From Octopus vulgaris (taxonomy: Eukaryota), in contig OX597827.1 of the NCBI GenBank assembly GCA_951406725.2, forward strand, positions 47,616,001-47,680,000: a stretch of DNA of 64,000 bases, read 5' to 3'. The position numbers and the translations under genes were made by a program. Positions within the stretch are counted from its first letter, which is position 1; every line of letters begins with the position of its first letter. The notes below the pieces were generated by a model. That model was not told the DNA's origin and did no database searches. It was given only the letters and a program-made list of their open reading frames with translations. Positions 1 through 12,620 of this stretch are shown here, one piece after another.

Positions 1-118
1 ACCTGGGATTTTAACTAAAATCCTGTATCTTCATAGAAATACCGATCAACATCCGCATCTTCTGGAAATTTATTCCTTGTAAACTGTACATTTTCCTCGT
101 CTAAAATATTCATACTTT

Positions 119-194
119 GCCTCTGATGACGAAATAACCAGTGCACGGATGTGCTAAGCATCCACTTGGGTTATACCAGAAACATCTGTAAGTC
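119..194 (+). ncRNA. Degenerate type I hammerhead ribozyme motif in a probable Penelope-like terminal repeat
   Basis: CTGATGA at 123-129; long stem II (ATAACC/GGTTAT, GGATG/CATCC); GAAA at 179-182; C-ATCT-GTA; stem I GCCT/AGTC has one mismatch. The region ends in (TA)n at ~428. Confidence 0.55.
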
Positions 195-423
195 TTCAAA
201 TTCACCTTACCCTAATTAAATTATTCTAAATGATTTGAAATATGCGTTCTGCTTTAGTTTTAATGTTTCCTCTAATATTACATATACATGCTATAACGAA
301 ACCCTACCACGGTTCCCTAGATCCAGCCTAAGCTGTGATCTCGGAAGCTAATGTGCGACCAACTATAGCACTTACCCATGTACCTACACGTTTAGATTGG
401 AAGTGAGCTTAGACCCTCATGTT

Positions 424-478
<55 letters not shown>

Positions 479-480
<2 letters not shown>

Positions 481-673
481 TAATCCAAACAAGAAAACAA
501 AACAACGCAAGAACGTGGAACAAATTAAGTATTATTGGACGCTCAGGAAAGAAGGGAAGAAAGAGGGCTTAACGTTTCGAGCGCAGCTCTTCGTCGGAAA
601 CATAGGAGAAGGAAAGATCCCGAGAAGGGAAGACAGAGGAAAAAAAATCGCCGGTGGTACTCACGAGGTCACA
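479..673 (-). mobile_element. Short non-coding repeat carrying a minimal hammerhead-like motif (567-601), copy 1
   Basis: Similar to 17350-17551, and both abut (TA)n. Minus strand reads GTTT-CCGACGA-A-GAGC-TGC-GCTC-GAAA-CG-TT-AAGC. Confidence 0.65.
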
Positions 674-794
674 TACTGAAAGGTATATTTTTTGTTTTTG
701 TTTGTTTTTGTTTTTCCAGTTTCAGCTCTTGAGCTGTGGCCATGCTGGGGCACCGCCATTGTGGTGAAAGAGTACAGCAGGGATATATATATAA

Positions 795-1121
<327 letters not shown>

Positions 1122-1151
1122 CAAATATGTAATACCTGTAAATCACCTCCA

Positions 1152-1238
<87 letters not shown>

Positions 1239-1239
1239 A

Positions 1240-1650
1240 TTCTTTTACTCTTTTACTCTTTTACTTGTTTCAGTCATTTGACTGCGGCCATGCTGGAGCA
1301 CTGCCTTTAGTCGAGCAACTCGTCCCCGGGACTTATTCTTTGTAAGCCTAGTACTTATTCTATCGGTTTCTTTTTGCCGAACTGCTAAGTGACGGGGACA
1401 TAAACACACCAGCATCGGTTGTCAAGCAATGCTAGGGCGACAGACACAGACACAAACATACACGCACACACATATATATATACATATATATGACGGGCTT
1501 CTTTCAGTTTCCGTCTACCAAATCCACTCACAAGGCTTTGGTCGGCCCGAGGCTATAGTAGAAGACACTTACCGAAGGTGCCACGCAGTGGGACTGAACG
1601 CGGAACCATGTGGTTGGTAGGCAAGCTACTTACCACACAGCCACTCCTGT
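1240..1650 (-). mobile_element. SINE family A (tRNA-like head, internal microsatellite, AGTAAAAG-repeat tail)
   Basis: Near-identical to 29882-30300 and 45474-45922; B box GGTTC/GTTCAGTCCC. Confidence 0.85.
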
Positions 1651-2191
1651 ATATAAAATATATAAAATGCATAGCACAATTGTATCAAAAAAATTAGCAA
1701 CGGCTAAACAGACAAGACGTGCATTATTTTATGTAAATATGAAATATGTAATTCGCTGACATGTAAAATAACTTTGACAAGCTAGAATTAATTAAAGAAT
1801 GCCAACCATCGGCCATGATTATTATATAACTGGGTAGATTAATAGTTAAAACATCTGTGTACAGATATGCATAGATAGTAAATAGCTGCTTTAACTTGAA
1901 TAAAAAACAATTTCTCATAATAGACAATATGTCTGAAACATACAAAGCTGGGTTCAAGAGAGCAAAATGATTATTTATTTAGGTATAATAAAGACAGTTC
2001 TTAATTTCAAATCCGTATTCTAACGACGCAGAAGCACCTGTGATGCAATTCGCTGACGTCATTCATGAAGATTGGTGTATTTTAATATTTTGCTATACGA
2101 AGTTGTCTTCTGAGAGATTTATCGCAGTGAAAGTCCCTGAAAGTTTTAGTGTAGAAAATCGAATAAAAATTAAATATGCATCCGTAATGAG

Positions 2192-2274
<83 letters not shown>

Positions 2275-3027
2275 CCACGTGTGTATATACATACATACAT
2301 ACATACAAACATACATACATACATATCCGCCAAGACCAATGCCTGACCACTAACAACTATAAAAGCAACGATTAGCGCAGAATATGTAAAAAGCAAAATG
2401 TGATAGTCGGCCACATCATTTCTAGCTGTCCAGCCCTTGCCAAATGTGAATATATATACAGACATGACAGATTAAGTAGTTATATCCATTAGGCAATGTT
2501 GTAATACTGTAACATTAATCTGACAGGGAATGTCATAAATATGTGCCAAAGAAGAAACAAGACAACGACCAAGCCGCAATCATCTTGTATATGTCTGTTT
2601 AAATTGATAAAGAAATGAAAGCTAATCGACCACACATAATAATCAAGGATACGAAAAAAATACAGTTCCTTCTGACCAAAATATTACTTAAAAATGAGTG
2701 GAGAGATTGTCACGAAAAAACCCCCTCTAATATAGCAAATGTGTTGTTATGCGGTGCGGATCAATAACTACAGGAAAAGTTGTCACTTTTGTCCTTGAAT
2801 GCAGTTTGATTATAGGTGATGAACGAAGCATCATTCTCGACTGGCTAAGATCAAACAACTGACAAGCAAATATGCGATATTGAGCAAAATATTTGTTGTA
2901 ATCCATCGTTCATACCAAGAAAAACATGTACATGGTAACACTTGAAATAAGTTAAAATCAGAAACTATCTGAACCACTGCCTTTTCCTGCACCAAGTAAT
3001 TTATCATCATCATCATCATCATCATCA

Positions 3028-3084
<57 letters not shown>

Positions 3085-3918
3085 TAGAAAGGAATTATCA
3101 TTTGTCAATTTAGATATTTTAATTTTATACTATTGTAATAATTAGAAGAGAAGAGAAATGTAATTAATGTTTTGTAATGAGTTTCTGATGTATGCAATTA
3201 AAGATTTTCATTTGAGATAATGAGCGAACAAATGGAAATAGGGAAATAGAAAAGGATTAAAAAAAGACAAGGTGTTTGTAACAGACGGAGAGATTACGAC
3301 AGAATACATACGGATAGGATAAAATAAAGAGACTGAATAGATGACGCATAACTAGATATATTGTGAGAAATGCTGTGGAAGGGTAGAGGTGAAGAAGTGG
3401 ATATAGTCTATGGGGAGAGCAAACGACCAGCGGAATTTGATAAGAAAAAAGAGTGAACACTGCATAGTAGACACGCATCAAGTTTACACGTAAGTACCTG
3501 TAGGATGTATCCGCGGTCAGTTTACTGTTGATATGTACTGAGAGAAAGGGGGCGAGCTGGCAGAAACGTCAGCATGCTGAGGTAAATTGCTTAGCGGGGT
3601 TTAGTTTCACTTTATGTTCTGAGTTCAAACTCTGTCGATAAAATAAGCACTGGTGTCGATGTTAGCGATTTATCCCCTCCAACGAAATTGGTGGACTTGT
3701 GTAAAAATGTAAAACTGATATGTACTCAGAGAGGTATTGATATACATTATTTGCTATATCAATATATGAACATACATTACCATAGGATTCGTTGTGTGAT
3801 GTAGACACCAGGGATAACGAAATAATGTGTGAAAATAGATTTAGGACTAACATCAATCAACGGAGAAATAAACATGTGCTGTTGAATTATCTACAGTGCA
3901 GATTACATGTATATATAT

Positions 3919-4011
<93 letters not shown>

Positions 4012-4340
4012 GGCGCGTGGCTCAGTGGTTAGAGTGTCGAGCTTACGATCGTGAGGTTGTGAGCTCGAATCCCGGACCGGGCTGCATGTTGTGTTCTTGA
4101 GCAAGACACTTTATTTCACGTTGCTCCAGTCCACTCAGCTCTAGAAATGAGTTGCAACGTCACAGGTGCCAAGCTGTATCAGCCCTTGCCTTTCCCTTGG
4201 ACAACATCGGTGACGTGGAGAGGGGAGGCCGGTATGCATGGGCGACTGCTGGTCTTCCATAAAACAACCTTGCCCAGAGGGTAACTCTCTATGTGCAAAC
4301 CGATGGTCAGTGTCTGACCAAAGGGGGTCACCACCACCAT
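4012..4340 (+). mobile_element. tRNA-derived SINE (family B-related head) inserted in (TA)n
   Basis: GGCGCGTGGCTCAGTGGTTAGAG...GCTCGAATCCC gives A and B boxes; same head as 10520-10737. Confidence 0.8.
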
Positions 4341-6285
4341 ATATATATATATATATATACACAAATATATTTATCATACCTTGATACTGTGTGGACGAAG
4401 ATCCCCACTGGCAGGCCACTGATGTTGAATAAAGTGTTTAGTAATTATAGTGTGCAAATTATAACCGTGTGAGTGAATGTGTGTGCGTGTATGTGTGCGT
4501 GTGCATATGTCTGTTCATGTCTCCTTATCTTTATATCAGCTGCTAATTAGAAAGCCGTTGATGATATATCCATGTTTTAAAATTACATGTAACGATTCTA
4601 CATTTCTTTGAATATCAATCACGAATATTTACAACCATATTATCTCGCGCCCATGTGTGTATAGGTTCAAAACGTGACGGGGAAGGCAATAGTCAATTAC
4701 TAGAACCAATATTGCGTTATAGTGAATCTGAAAGCATTTTACAAACTCTTGGTTTTGACTCTGCTAAACGGTCTTCAGGTAAAGCTGAACATTTGACAAT
4801 CATGTGACAAATTACCGAAGAAAGGTTTAAAGCTATATGCACAGAAGGTTTTTAAATATCTTCCCAAATCGATGGTATGTGTTGGATAAACTGAATTGAT
4901 CTTTGCTGAAGATAACCTAAATATAATAATGCAGTTGAATTAGTTGATTAATAGGGAGTGTTATATCGTGATAAGGAAGTCTTGTCATTATAAACACGGC
5001 TACGGGCAGTAAAAACAGGTAAAACCATGTTGAAGGAACATAGATGAAATAAATCCACATTAAAGAGGGGCAAATAGAGAATTATATAAATAAATAAATG
5101 AATCAATATATAGATTTTGCTATCGGGGAAATGGGCAGGAAACGAGGATGGTTTTTCACGAAAAAGGTAGCTCATGAAGGAATATTGAAGGAGAGGATGA
5201 TTTAAAGAAAATTGAAGTGGATCTAAAGATTATAACACTGTATTTGCTTGATGGCAAAGGTGATAGGAATATGGCTATAATGAAAGAATAAGTATATTCA
5301 ACGCTAACATATTCGACACAGGGCCTCGGTTGAATGAAAATGATTGTGATATAAAGAAGGAAAGAGGTAATAAGAGTTATTGGAATCTGGGTAAAGTTGA
5401 TGGCTATTTACAATAAGTTGTGGACGTATGGAGAATGAATAGAGAAAGAGATGGATAAGTGTTTCAAAATGTAATTAGGGTGCAGGAAAGGGACAACAAA
5501 CTTCAATGTTTTGCGTGCAGTTTAAAGGAAATTAGCGATTTAAAAGGACATGAAACCGAATGTTTTCAAACGGAAGCAATTACACAATCAAGAATAATTC
5601 AAATGCTTCCATGGTCAATCGGCAAGGGGAAAATTCGTCCCTATATTAATAGTTGGTTACCGTTGGAATTACATATATGTAGGTATGAGTGATTAAAACT
5701 TCTTACATCAAGAATCGAAAGTGTGAGGGAAAATCGTTCAGAACTCCAATTACGAAGCATTCTATATATTTTTACAAGTTCCTAACTAGAACGCAAAATA
5801 TTACTGTAGTTTTATGTACATATGAAATGATTTTGGTTTGGTTATTATATTTTTTATGCTTTCGGTTAAAAACGCATAGAAAATGCGATACTCACGAAAT
5901 TCTGACAGCTAATAATATAAAGAAATCGGATATTAACAACTAAAAGCCTAACTTAATGTAACGTAAAATATATAACTAAACTACGTTTTATTTTGTCTAC
6001 ACAATGATTATAAACTACCATAAAAATACGAATATACGCGCTTTATTTCATTTACAGGCGCCATTTTTAGTTAAACATTTTTTACAAATACATAGTTTAT
6101 TGACGCTGTAAGCAGCAGTGCTTCTGTTTTTGGTTTTAATATTTTATTTGTATTTTTCCAGATAATCTTTTAAAACGTCATATTAATCTCAATCCATCCA
6201 TACATTTTTTAGAGCATTGTTTAAATAGCTAAGTGGCAAGGTATTAAGATATTTATTATACTTAACGTTTAGCTATATGCATATG

Positions 6286-6355
<70 letters not shown>

Positions 6356-6429
6356 TGTATGTATGTATGTATGTATGTATGTATGTATGCATGTATGTAT
6401 GTATGTATGTATGTATGTGTGTCTGGTTA

Positions 6430-6950
6430 CAGCGCCATATCAAAGCTGACAGTTAGATCATGATGTATGTCTTATTTATTCTCTCTGCCATGTGTATTCT
6501 GAAACATAGATGATATGCATGAGTCATGTAAAAAACGTTGGAACATTTTTTCAGAAAGTTCTCACCAAATACTCACCACAAGCTAGCACGCTCTGATTCA
6601 TTACACAGCTTCTTGCTTACGTTAGGGTCACATCAATCAATCAAAGCCATCCTAATTAGGAATCAACTACAATGGGCAAGCCTTCTCATGGTATATGGAT
6701 GAGGAGCCCATCCTCAAACAAATGTTTATCTTGGGCTTGTCCTGGTAAAAAGAAAAAACGTGGTAAACGGGAGAAAAGATTCAAAGGCTCTTTAAAATCA
6801 AAATTGAAATGCGTTAAATTACGTTACGAAAGTCGTGAATCATTTGCGGTAGATAGGGATATGTGGAGAGCTGCGATTTTGGAGCTCTGTTAAAGATATT
6901 TAAGTTGAGAGATTTAAGAACGCAGAAGCGAAAATAAAATTTCATAAAAA
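6430..6950 (+). pseudogene. Decayed RTE-clade LINE 3' ORF remnant
   Basis: Frameshifted translation includes GKKKKRGKREKRFKGSLKSKLK...AVDRDMWRAAI, typical of the RTE ORF C-terminus. Confidence 0.6.
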
Positions 6951-7305
6951 TGAGATTAATTTCAATAGCTTAAATCGAGTTTCTCATTCCTTCTTTATAT
7001 GTTCTTCACGCATAAAAGTAATGCATATCAAAGGATCGCACCAGCCCACACATGTAGGTAAACCATACGTAAACTATTGGAATGTCATACATAAATTATT
7101 TGAATACAATGTCTGTCGAAAAACCTGCCGGTCACGTGGCGGATTGAAGTACCACTTCACAAGTGACGGGCGGAAAACAAAGCGAATGCTGAAATGAGAC
7201 ATTGATGTGATCAGTTATTCGAACAGCTTTCGTGAACTTTAAACATACAGACACACACACACCACATACCCCCACACACACATGTACATGGGTATATATA
7301 TATAT

Positions 7306-7624
7306 ATAAATGAAAGAATGGAGTCGAACGAAGGTGTTAACAAAATTCATTTACTCTCGACATATGTTTCGAAGACAGAATATTTTCATTCCAAAGGAAT
7401 AAAGGGTGCATTATGCCATCTTCTCATCAGGAGAGAAAGGGAGCCTCTCTCGACAACAAGACAAACAAAAATTTCGATGATTGGCTACATGGTAAACAAA
7501 GATGCTCCCTTTCTTTCCTGATAAGAAGATTGCATAATGAATGAAAATATGCTGTCTTCGAAACATATGTCGAGAGTAAAGGAATTTTGTTAACATCTTC
7601 GTTCGACTCCATTCTTTCATTTAT
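7306..7624. mobile_element. Fold-back element: two inverted ~120-140 bp arms, each with a hammerhead motif
   Basis: Arms 7306-7444 and 7504-7624 are reverse complements with a few substitutions and one indel. Confidence 0.85.
7354..7435 (-). ncRNA. Canonical minimal type I hammerhead ribozyme
   Basis: Minus strand: CTCTC-CTGATGA-GAAGATGG...CTGTCTTC-GAAA-C-ATAT-GTC-GAGAG. Stem I, core, stem II, palindromic stem III and GUC cleavage triplet are all intact. Confidence 0.85.
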
Positions 7625-7800
7625 GCATATACAACAAACAAATTTCTGCACATGAACCCGGAGTTTCTACCCTTGACAGGTCGCTTCAACCGTGTTTCTG
7701 ACGTGAATTTGCTACCCAGGTTTCGGTTAAACGAATTTTCCATGCTGACGCTAAACATAGGATAATTCATTCACCTACTTAAATATATATATAAATATAT

Positions 7801-8270
7801 ATCACTTTGATCACTTTGACCGACCAGTCCGCCAGGCGTCCATTTGACACCGCTGGTCACAGCACGCTGTCCACTCCTCTCTGGATCGCGCCTTTCTCAT
7901 CCACGTAATCCCAATCGTCCTCTTGAAATCGTCACTCCACCGTCGTGGAGGTCTTCCGGGTGGTCTTTTCCGCTCACGCGGGTACCACTCGACAACTGCG
8001 TGCGTCCACCGATTATCGGTGAGCCGGGCGACGTGTCCAGCCCATCTATACTTGCTGCGAGTATACTCTGCGATGATATCTCTCACGCCGGACTTCTTTC
8101 TGATGATGTTGCTATTTATGTGCTCTCTCAACGAGATACCAAGGATTGACCTTTCCATGGCTCTTTGAGCCGTTATCAGTCTTTGTTCTTCTCTCTTTGT
8201 GGTAGCCCATGTTTCACTACCATATAACATTGCAGGCAGAACTGTACTGTCAATGAGGTTGGCGCAACAG
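7801..8270 (-). mobile_element. RTE-clade LINE 3' fragment with open C-terminal ORF and tandem-repeat tail
   Basis: ORF 7811-8278 contains LPAMLYGSETW, RWAGHVAR and KRPPGRPPRRWSDD. Tail is (GATCAAAGT)n at 7801-7820. Confidence 0.9.
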
Positions 8271-9214
8271 CAAAGCAAACAGAGCGACGCTTTTTTTAGA
8301 AGGCTTCACCGTGTTGAGATGAATTATTTATGAAGTTGCTGCCTGCCCTGAATAGGATAACTGATCCCCCATTACCATTACGAAAGGGCACTTAGACCAC
8401 CGATAGTCGGTTATGCGATCTGTCGTGTGAAAGCTGATAGTTTCCAGCCCCTGCTATCGAAGGATCCGAAGCGGTACGCCGGTGTCAAAAGATCACCATA
8501 CCTACCCTTATCTGAAATGGATTCACGTATCCTTTTGTCCTATCTATTACCATCACAATTACTCCTACTTTTTTTTCACAACCGTACTGCTGCTGCTAGT
8601 ACTATCACCACAGTATTACAATAACTTGATTCCGCAGGAATAAAATGCAAGGGATGATTAGAATTCGTAGCACCTTTCATACAGTATGTTTTAAAGGTAA
8701 TACTTTCTTCTCCGTTTTTTTCTTGCAATGCTATAATTATACAGCGCCCATTAAAATATGCCTTTATCCGAACTAACTACGATAATTTTGGAGAAGTACT
8801 GAGAGGAACACTCCAAGTGTGAAAGAGTATTAGTAATAACAAGCTGAAAATTGTTTCATTTTCATACAACATATTTGGCTTGTATCATATACTTGTTCTT
8901 TAGGTGTCTGTATATGAAACAAAGCATAGGAGAAAAACATACAATAATATAAAAACAAAAGACACAGTTTTTACTAAAAAATATTGAAATAACGAAATTA
9001 CTTCATCAATAAAACTATTTAAAATTCTTTATCACCATAGTGTAGTTAGCCTAATCTTTGACAAATCCTCAATTAATGAGATTTTTCCCAAGAGCCATTT
9101 TATACATATACGTGCAAACGCATATAGACTATACATAAACGTATATATAGATAGCACATATATATATATATTTATATATGCTTACATGCATGTATATAAA
9201 TATATGTATATATA

Positions 9215-9268
<54 letters not shown>

Positions 9269-9299
9269 ATGTACATAAACATAAATATATGTATGTATG

Positions 9300-9344
<45 letters not shown>

Positions 9345-9373
9345 GTACATAAACATAAATATATGTATGTATG

Positions 9374-9421
<48 letters not shown>

Positions 9422-10157
9422 CAAAGAAATGTTATAATAAACTGTTATCCATTTGAATAATGTTATCCTTAAGACTTCATTGGCGTCTTGTTGCGAATCA
9501 CTTTTCGTTTTTCACAAAGAATTTTTGTTTTACAAATATGTGTCAAGAATAGAATTTCAGAATTAGAAATGTCACTTCTAATTAAAGGAATGAATAATTT
9601 ACTTTCAGTGTTTCATTAACGAATCTTTCATACAACTTTGTAATTGTTCTTTCTGTAGTTTTCGATTATTTTTTTTACAATTTTTACTCTTATCAATCTT
9701 TGTGAAAATTAAACCATTTTATTCATTTTTTATATATTACATAATTCTTCCCGTGTAAAATGGAAATTATATCAGAATTGACAACATTTTAAAATAAGTA
9801 ATTCTTGAATATAACAATGAACAACTCTCGCCTAGAAATATATTAAATATCAATCGCAATAACATAACTTACTTTATCTGTGTGTGTATGCTTACATCTA
9901 TACATGTTGTTATATCCCTATTTATTTATCTATCTATCTTTCTATCTATCCATGTTTTATATATATATATATATATATATTCATATACACTCAAAGTATA
10001 AGTATATAAGCATATTGTGGACTATTGGATATATGTCGATTAGTGTGTTGAATTGTTGAGTAGAGCACTCGTACAGTTCGGGGCCACCTGGTGTCATCTG
10101 CAATCGGGGTATATTACCGTTGAATCTACTTCAGGATCTTCACAGTGTTAGTTGAGA

Positions 10158-10380
10158 TAATTATAATTTCTTAAGTATCCACAGAAGATGGAATTAGTAT
10201 TAATCTTTATTCTGAACAACGGTCGTTTCGACCCACACTGCTACTGTCTCTTATGGATGCAACACATTTTGATCGGAGTCCCACCCATAAGGGACAGTAG
10301 AAGGGTAGGTCGAAAAGACTGTTGTACAAACTAAAAGTTTATACCAAATCCATCTTTTTGTTACTTAACAAATTGTTATT
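10158..10380. repeat. Imperfect long inverted repeat (~95 bp arms)
   Basis: GAAGATGG...TTTCGACC...CTACTGTCTCTTATGG versus CCATAAGGGACAGTAG...GGTCGAAA...CCATCTTT. Confidence 0.7.
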
Positions 10381-10385
10381 ATTAA

Positions 10386-10437
<52 letters not shown>

Positions 10438-10519
10438 GTAGTAGTAGTAGTAATATTTTATAGGATTGAGGTAACTCCTCCAGTAAGTATAAATTTTACT
10501 TCTCGAACCATGCCATGTT

Positions 10520-10737
10520 CATCCGGGCCGGTTTCCTGGTTTCAGTGGCGTAGAAATTCGCCAGTTGGACGGGATCCCGGTCCGTCGCAGGATCACTCAT
10601 TTTTGCCAGCTGAGTGAACTGGAGCTACGTGAAAATGGAGTGTTTTGCTTAAAAACACAACACATCGCCCGGTCCAGGAATCGAAACCACAACCTTACGA
10701 TCATGAGTTCAACACACTAACCACTAAGCCACGCGCT
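10520..10737 (-). mobile_element. tRNA-derived SINE
   Basis: Head matches the 4012 copy; tail GAAACCGGCCCGG resembles the 42667 copy. Confidence 0.75.
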
Positions 10738-10849
10738 TCTACTTCCATTAAGTACAGAAGCAAAAAAAAAAGAAGAGTGCCATTGTATCAAGTGAACAAG
10801 TTTATTTTTGAACCTATGGAAGGCACACTAGATGCCGCGATATCGTTTC

Positions 10850-11118
10850 AAGTAGTGCCTTCTCCAATGACTCAAAGATACAATACCCTTCTTAGAATTC
10901 GAGCTGTACCCAACAATGCTGTCTCCTGGATCACCTCGTGCTTAACAGCAGCTCCAATATTCTTGATATGTTTTCAAAGCCCTTGGAAACTGCTCCAATA
11001 AACATCGGTATCACCATTATTTTAATCGTGCCCCATAACTTTCCTATCTCGTTTCGCAGTGGCTGTTATTTCTCAGTCTTTTTCGTTTCCTTACATTTCA
11101 CCCTCGAATCGCCTGGTA
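10850..11118 (-). pseudogene. 3' remnant of an RLE-endonuclease LINE (R4/Dong/R2-like group)
   Basis: Minus-strand translation, with a stop and a frameshift: PGDSRVKCKETKKTEK*QPLRNEIGKLW..VIP..IGA...VIQETALLGTARILRRVL. Confidence 0.7.
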
Positions 11119-11920
11119 AATATTTTCATAGGAAAATGTCAATTCAAGGTAGATTTCGCCGTTGTATCTAGCACAACCCAAACTACCCTCAATGGTCACT
11201 CTCACATATAATGATTTTTGTTTTCAATATTTTTCTCCCATTAAACACATTTTATAGAATGATGATCATAAAGTAACACACGCGTGGTGCATTGGTTATA
11301 AGCAGCAAACAAAAATTGTAATCTAAATTTTTACTCCAACCTCAAACAAGCGAAACCCTGTGGGTGTAGGAAAAAATATTTTCCAACAGAAAATCACACT
11401 ATTAAAATGAATTATCGTTTATGTAGGTCTTTTTATTTCAATCATTGTGGATAAGTGCCAGCAATGATCTTCTCAGGTTCTCCAATATTTTAATTTCTAA
11501 ACAAACAATTGGAAGCAGGGAGTAGGGTTGAAAATGTTCATAATTTCTCAAATCTTTTGTTTTTTCTGGAATATAAATGATTTTTTCGTTGGGGAGGGGG
11601 TATTGAAAAACATCAAAACATGCATGAGTGATAAAGAAAGGAGGAAGATCGTCATTGGATATGCTAGAAACAACAGCCAGACCTCTCTTAAATCATTCAA
11701 TTTTCTCTCTGAAAATATAAAAAGTTTTTTTTATAGAAAATGCTCCTCCTATGGTTTTGAAGTGCAAAAAATTGGCCAAAATAGATCAGGAGTTGGATGA
11801 TGAGGGATGGGGGTGAGTTCTAAATAAAAAAAACAAAACGTTTTTCATACAAAGATGCCCCTCAAACCCATCATTTCGAAGGCTATGGTTTTTAAAAGTG
11901 GGAACCCTCTCGTCAAAACA

Positions 11921-12060
11921 GGTGTGGGCATTGTCGTGTGGTAAAAATCATATAGTACCGAGTTCAGTCCCACCTTGTGGAACCTTCCGTTATGTTCTCG
12001 AGCCGACTAATAACATGAGAATATATTTAGTAGATGGAAACTGAATGAATCTTGTTGTAT
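11921..12060 (+). mobile_element. 5' half of an old family A SINE, split by the LINE
   Basis: Contains GAGTTCAGTCCCAC and TAGATGGAAACTGAA of family A. The 3' half resumes at ~17051. Confidence 0.65.
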
Positions 12061-12620
12061 ATACATATCTATGGTGGTATATACATATACATATCTATGG
12101 TGGTATATACATATACATATGTATATACATATCTATTCGTTGGTTAAGTGATCAACAACGAATCGAAGACACTGAAAAACAATAAATAGTTCACAACAGC
12201 AACAGTAACAAAAAAAAAACACATCTTTAAATATTGCAACTGGTCATATATTGGAGTGGATACAACTACAACATTCACATCAGCAGCTAAAAGAACTAAT
12301 AGACCCGTCATTATCATCATCATCATTGTTTCCATCTTCTACTGCTACTTCCCCTTCTTCATCTTCTCTCCCCCTCCTCCTGCTACTACTCCTAGTGGCC
12401 AAAGCCAAACATTCCATTCTACCTCGCCAGTGACCCATCCCAACCACTCTTACTTTCTCCATATCCCACCACCATAGCTCCACTAACAACTCAAGCACCA
12501 TTGCTACTACTACTACTATCTCAGCCAGTGTACAAAATCAACCACTGCTCCTTCCCCCTCTCATTCAAGTCAAACAATTCTAAATCTCAAGCTATTCACA
12601 ATCCACTGCCCACATAAACG

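Noticed and set aside
4012-4085. tRNA genes at SINE heads (also ~27715-27790 on the minus strand)
   Set aside because: They have A/B boxes but run into SINE bodies or lack a clean cloverleaf, so they are treated as SINE-derived.
8330-8520. HDV-like ribozyme at a putative RTE 5' end
   Set aside because: I could not build the nested double pseudoknot by eye.
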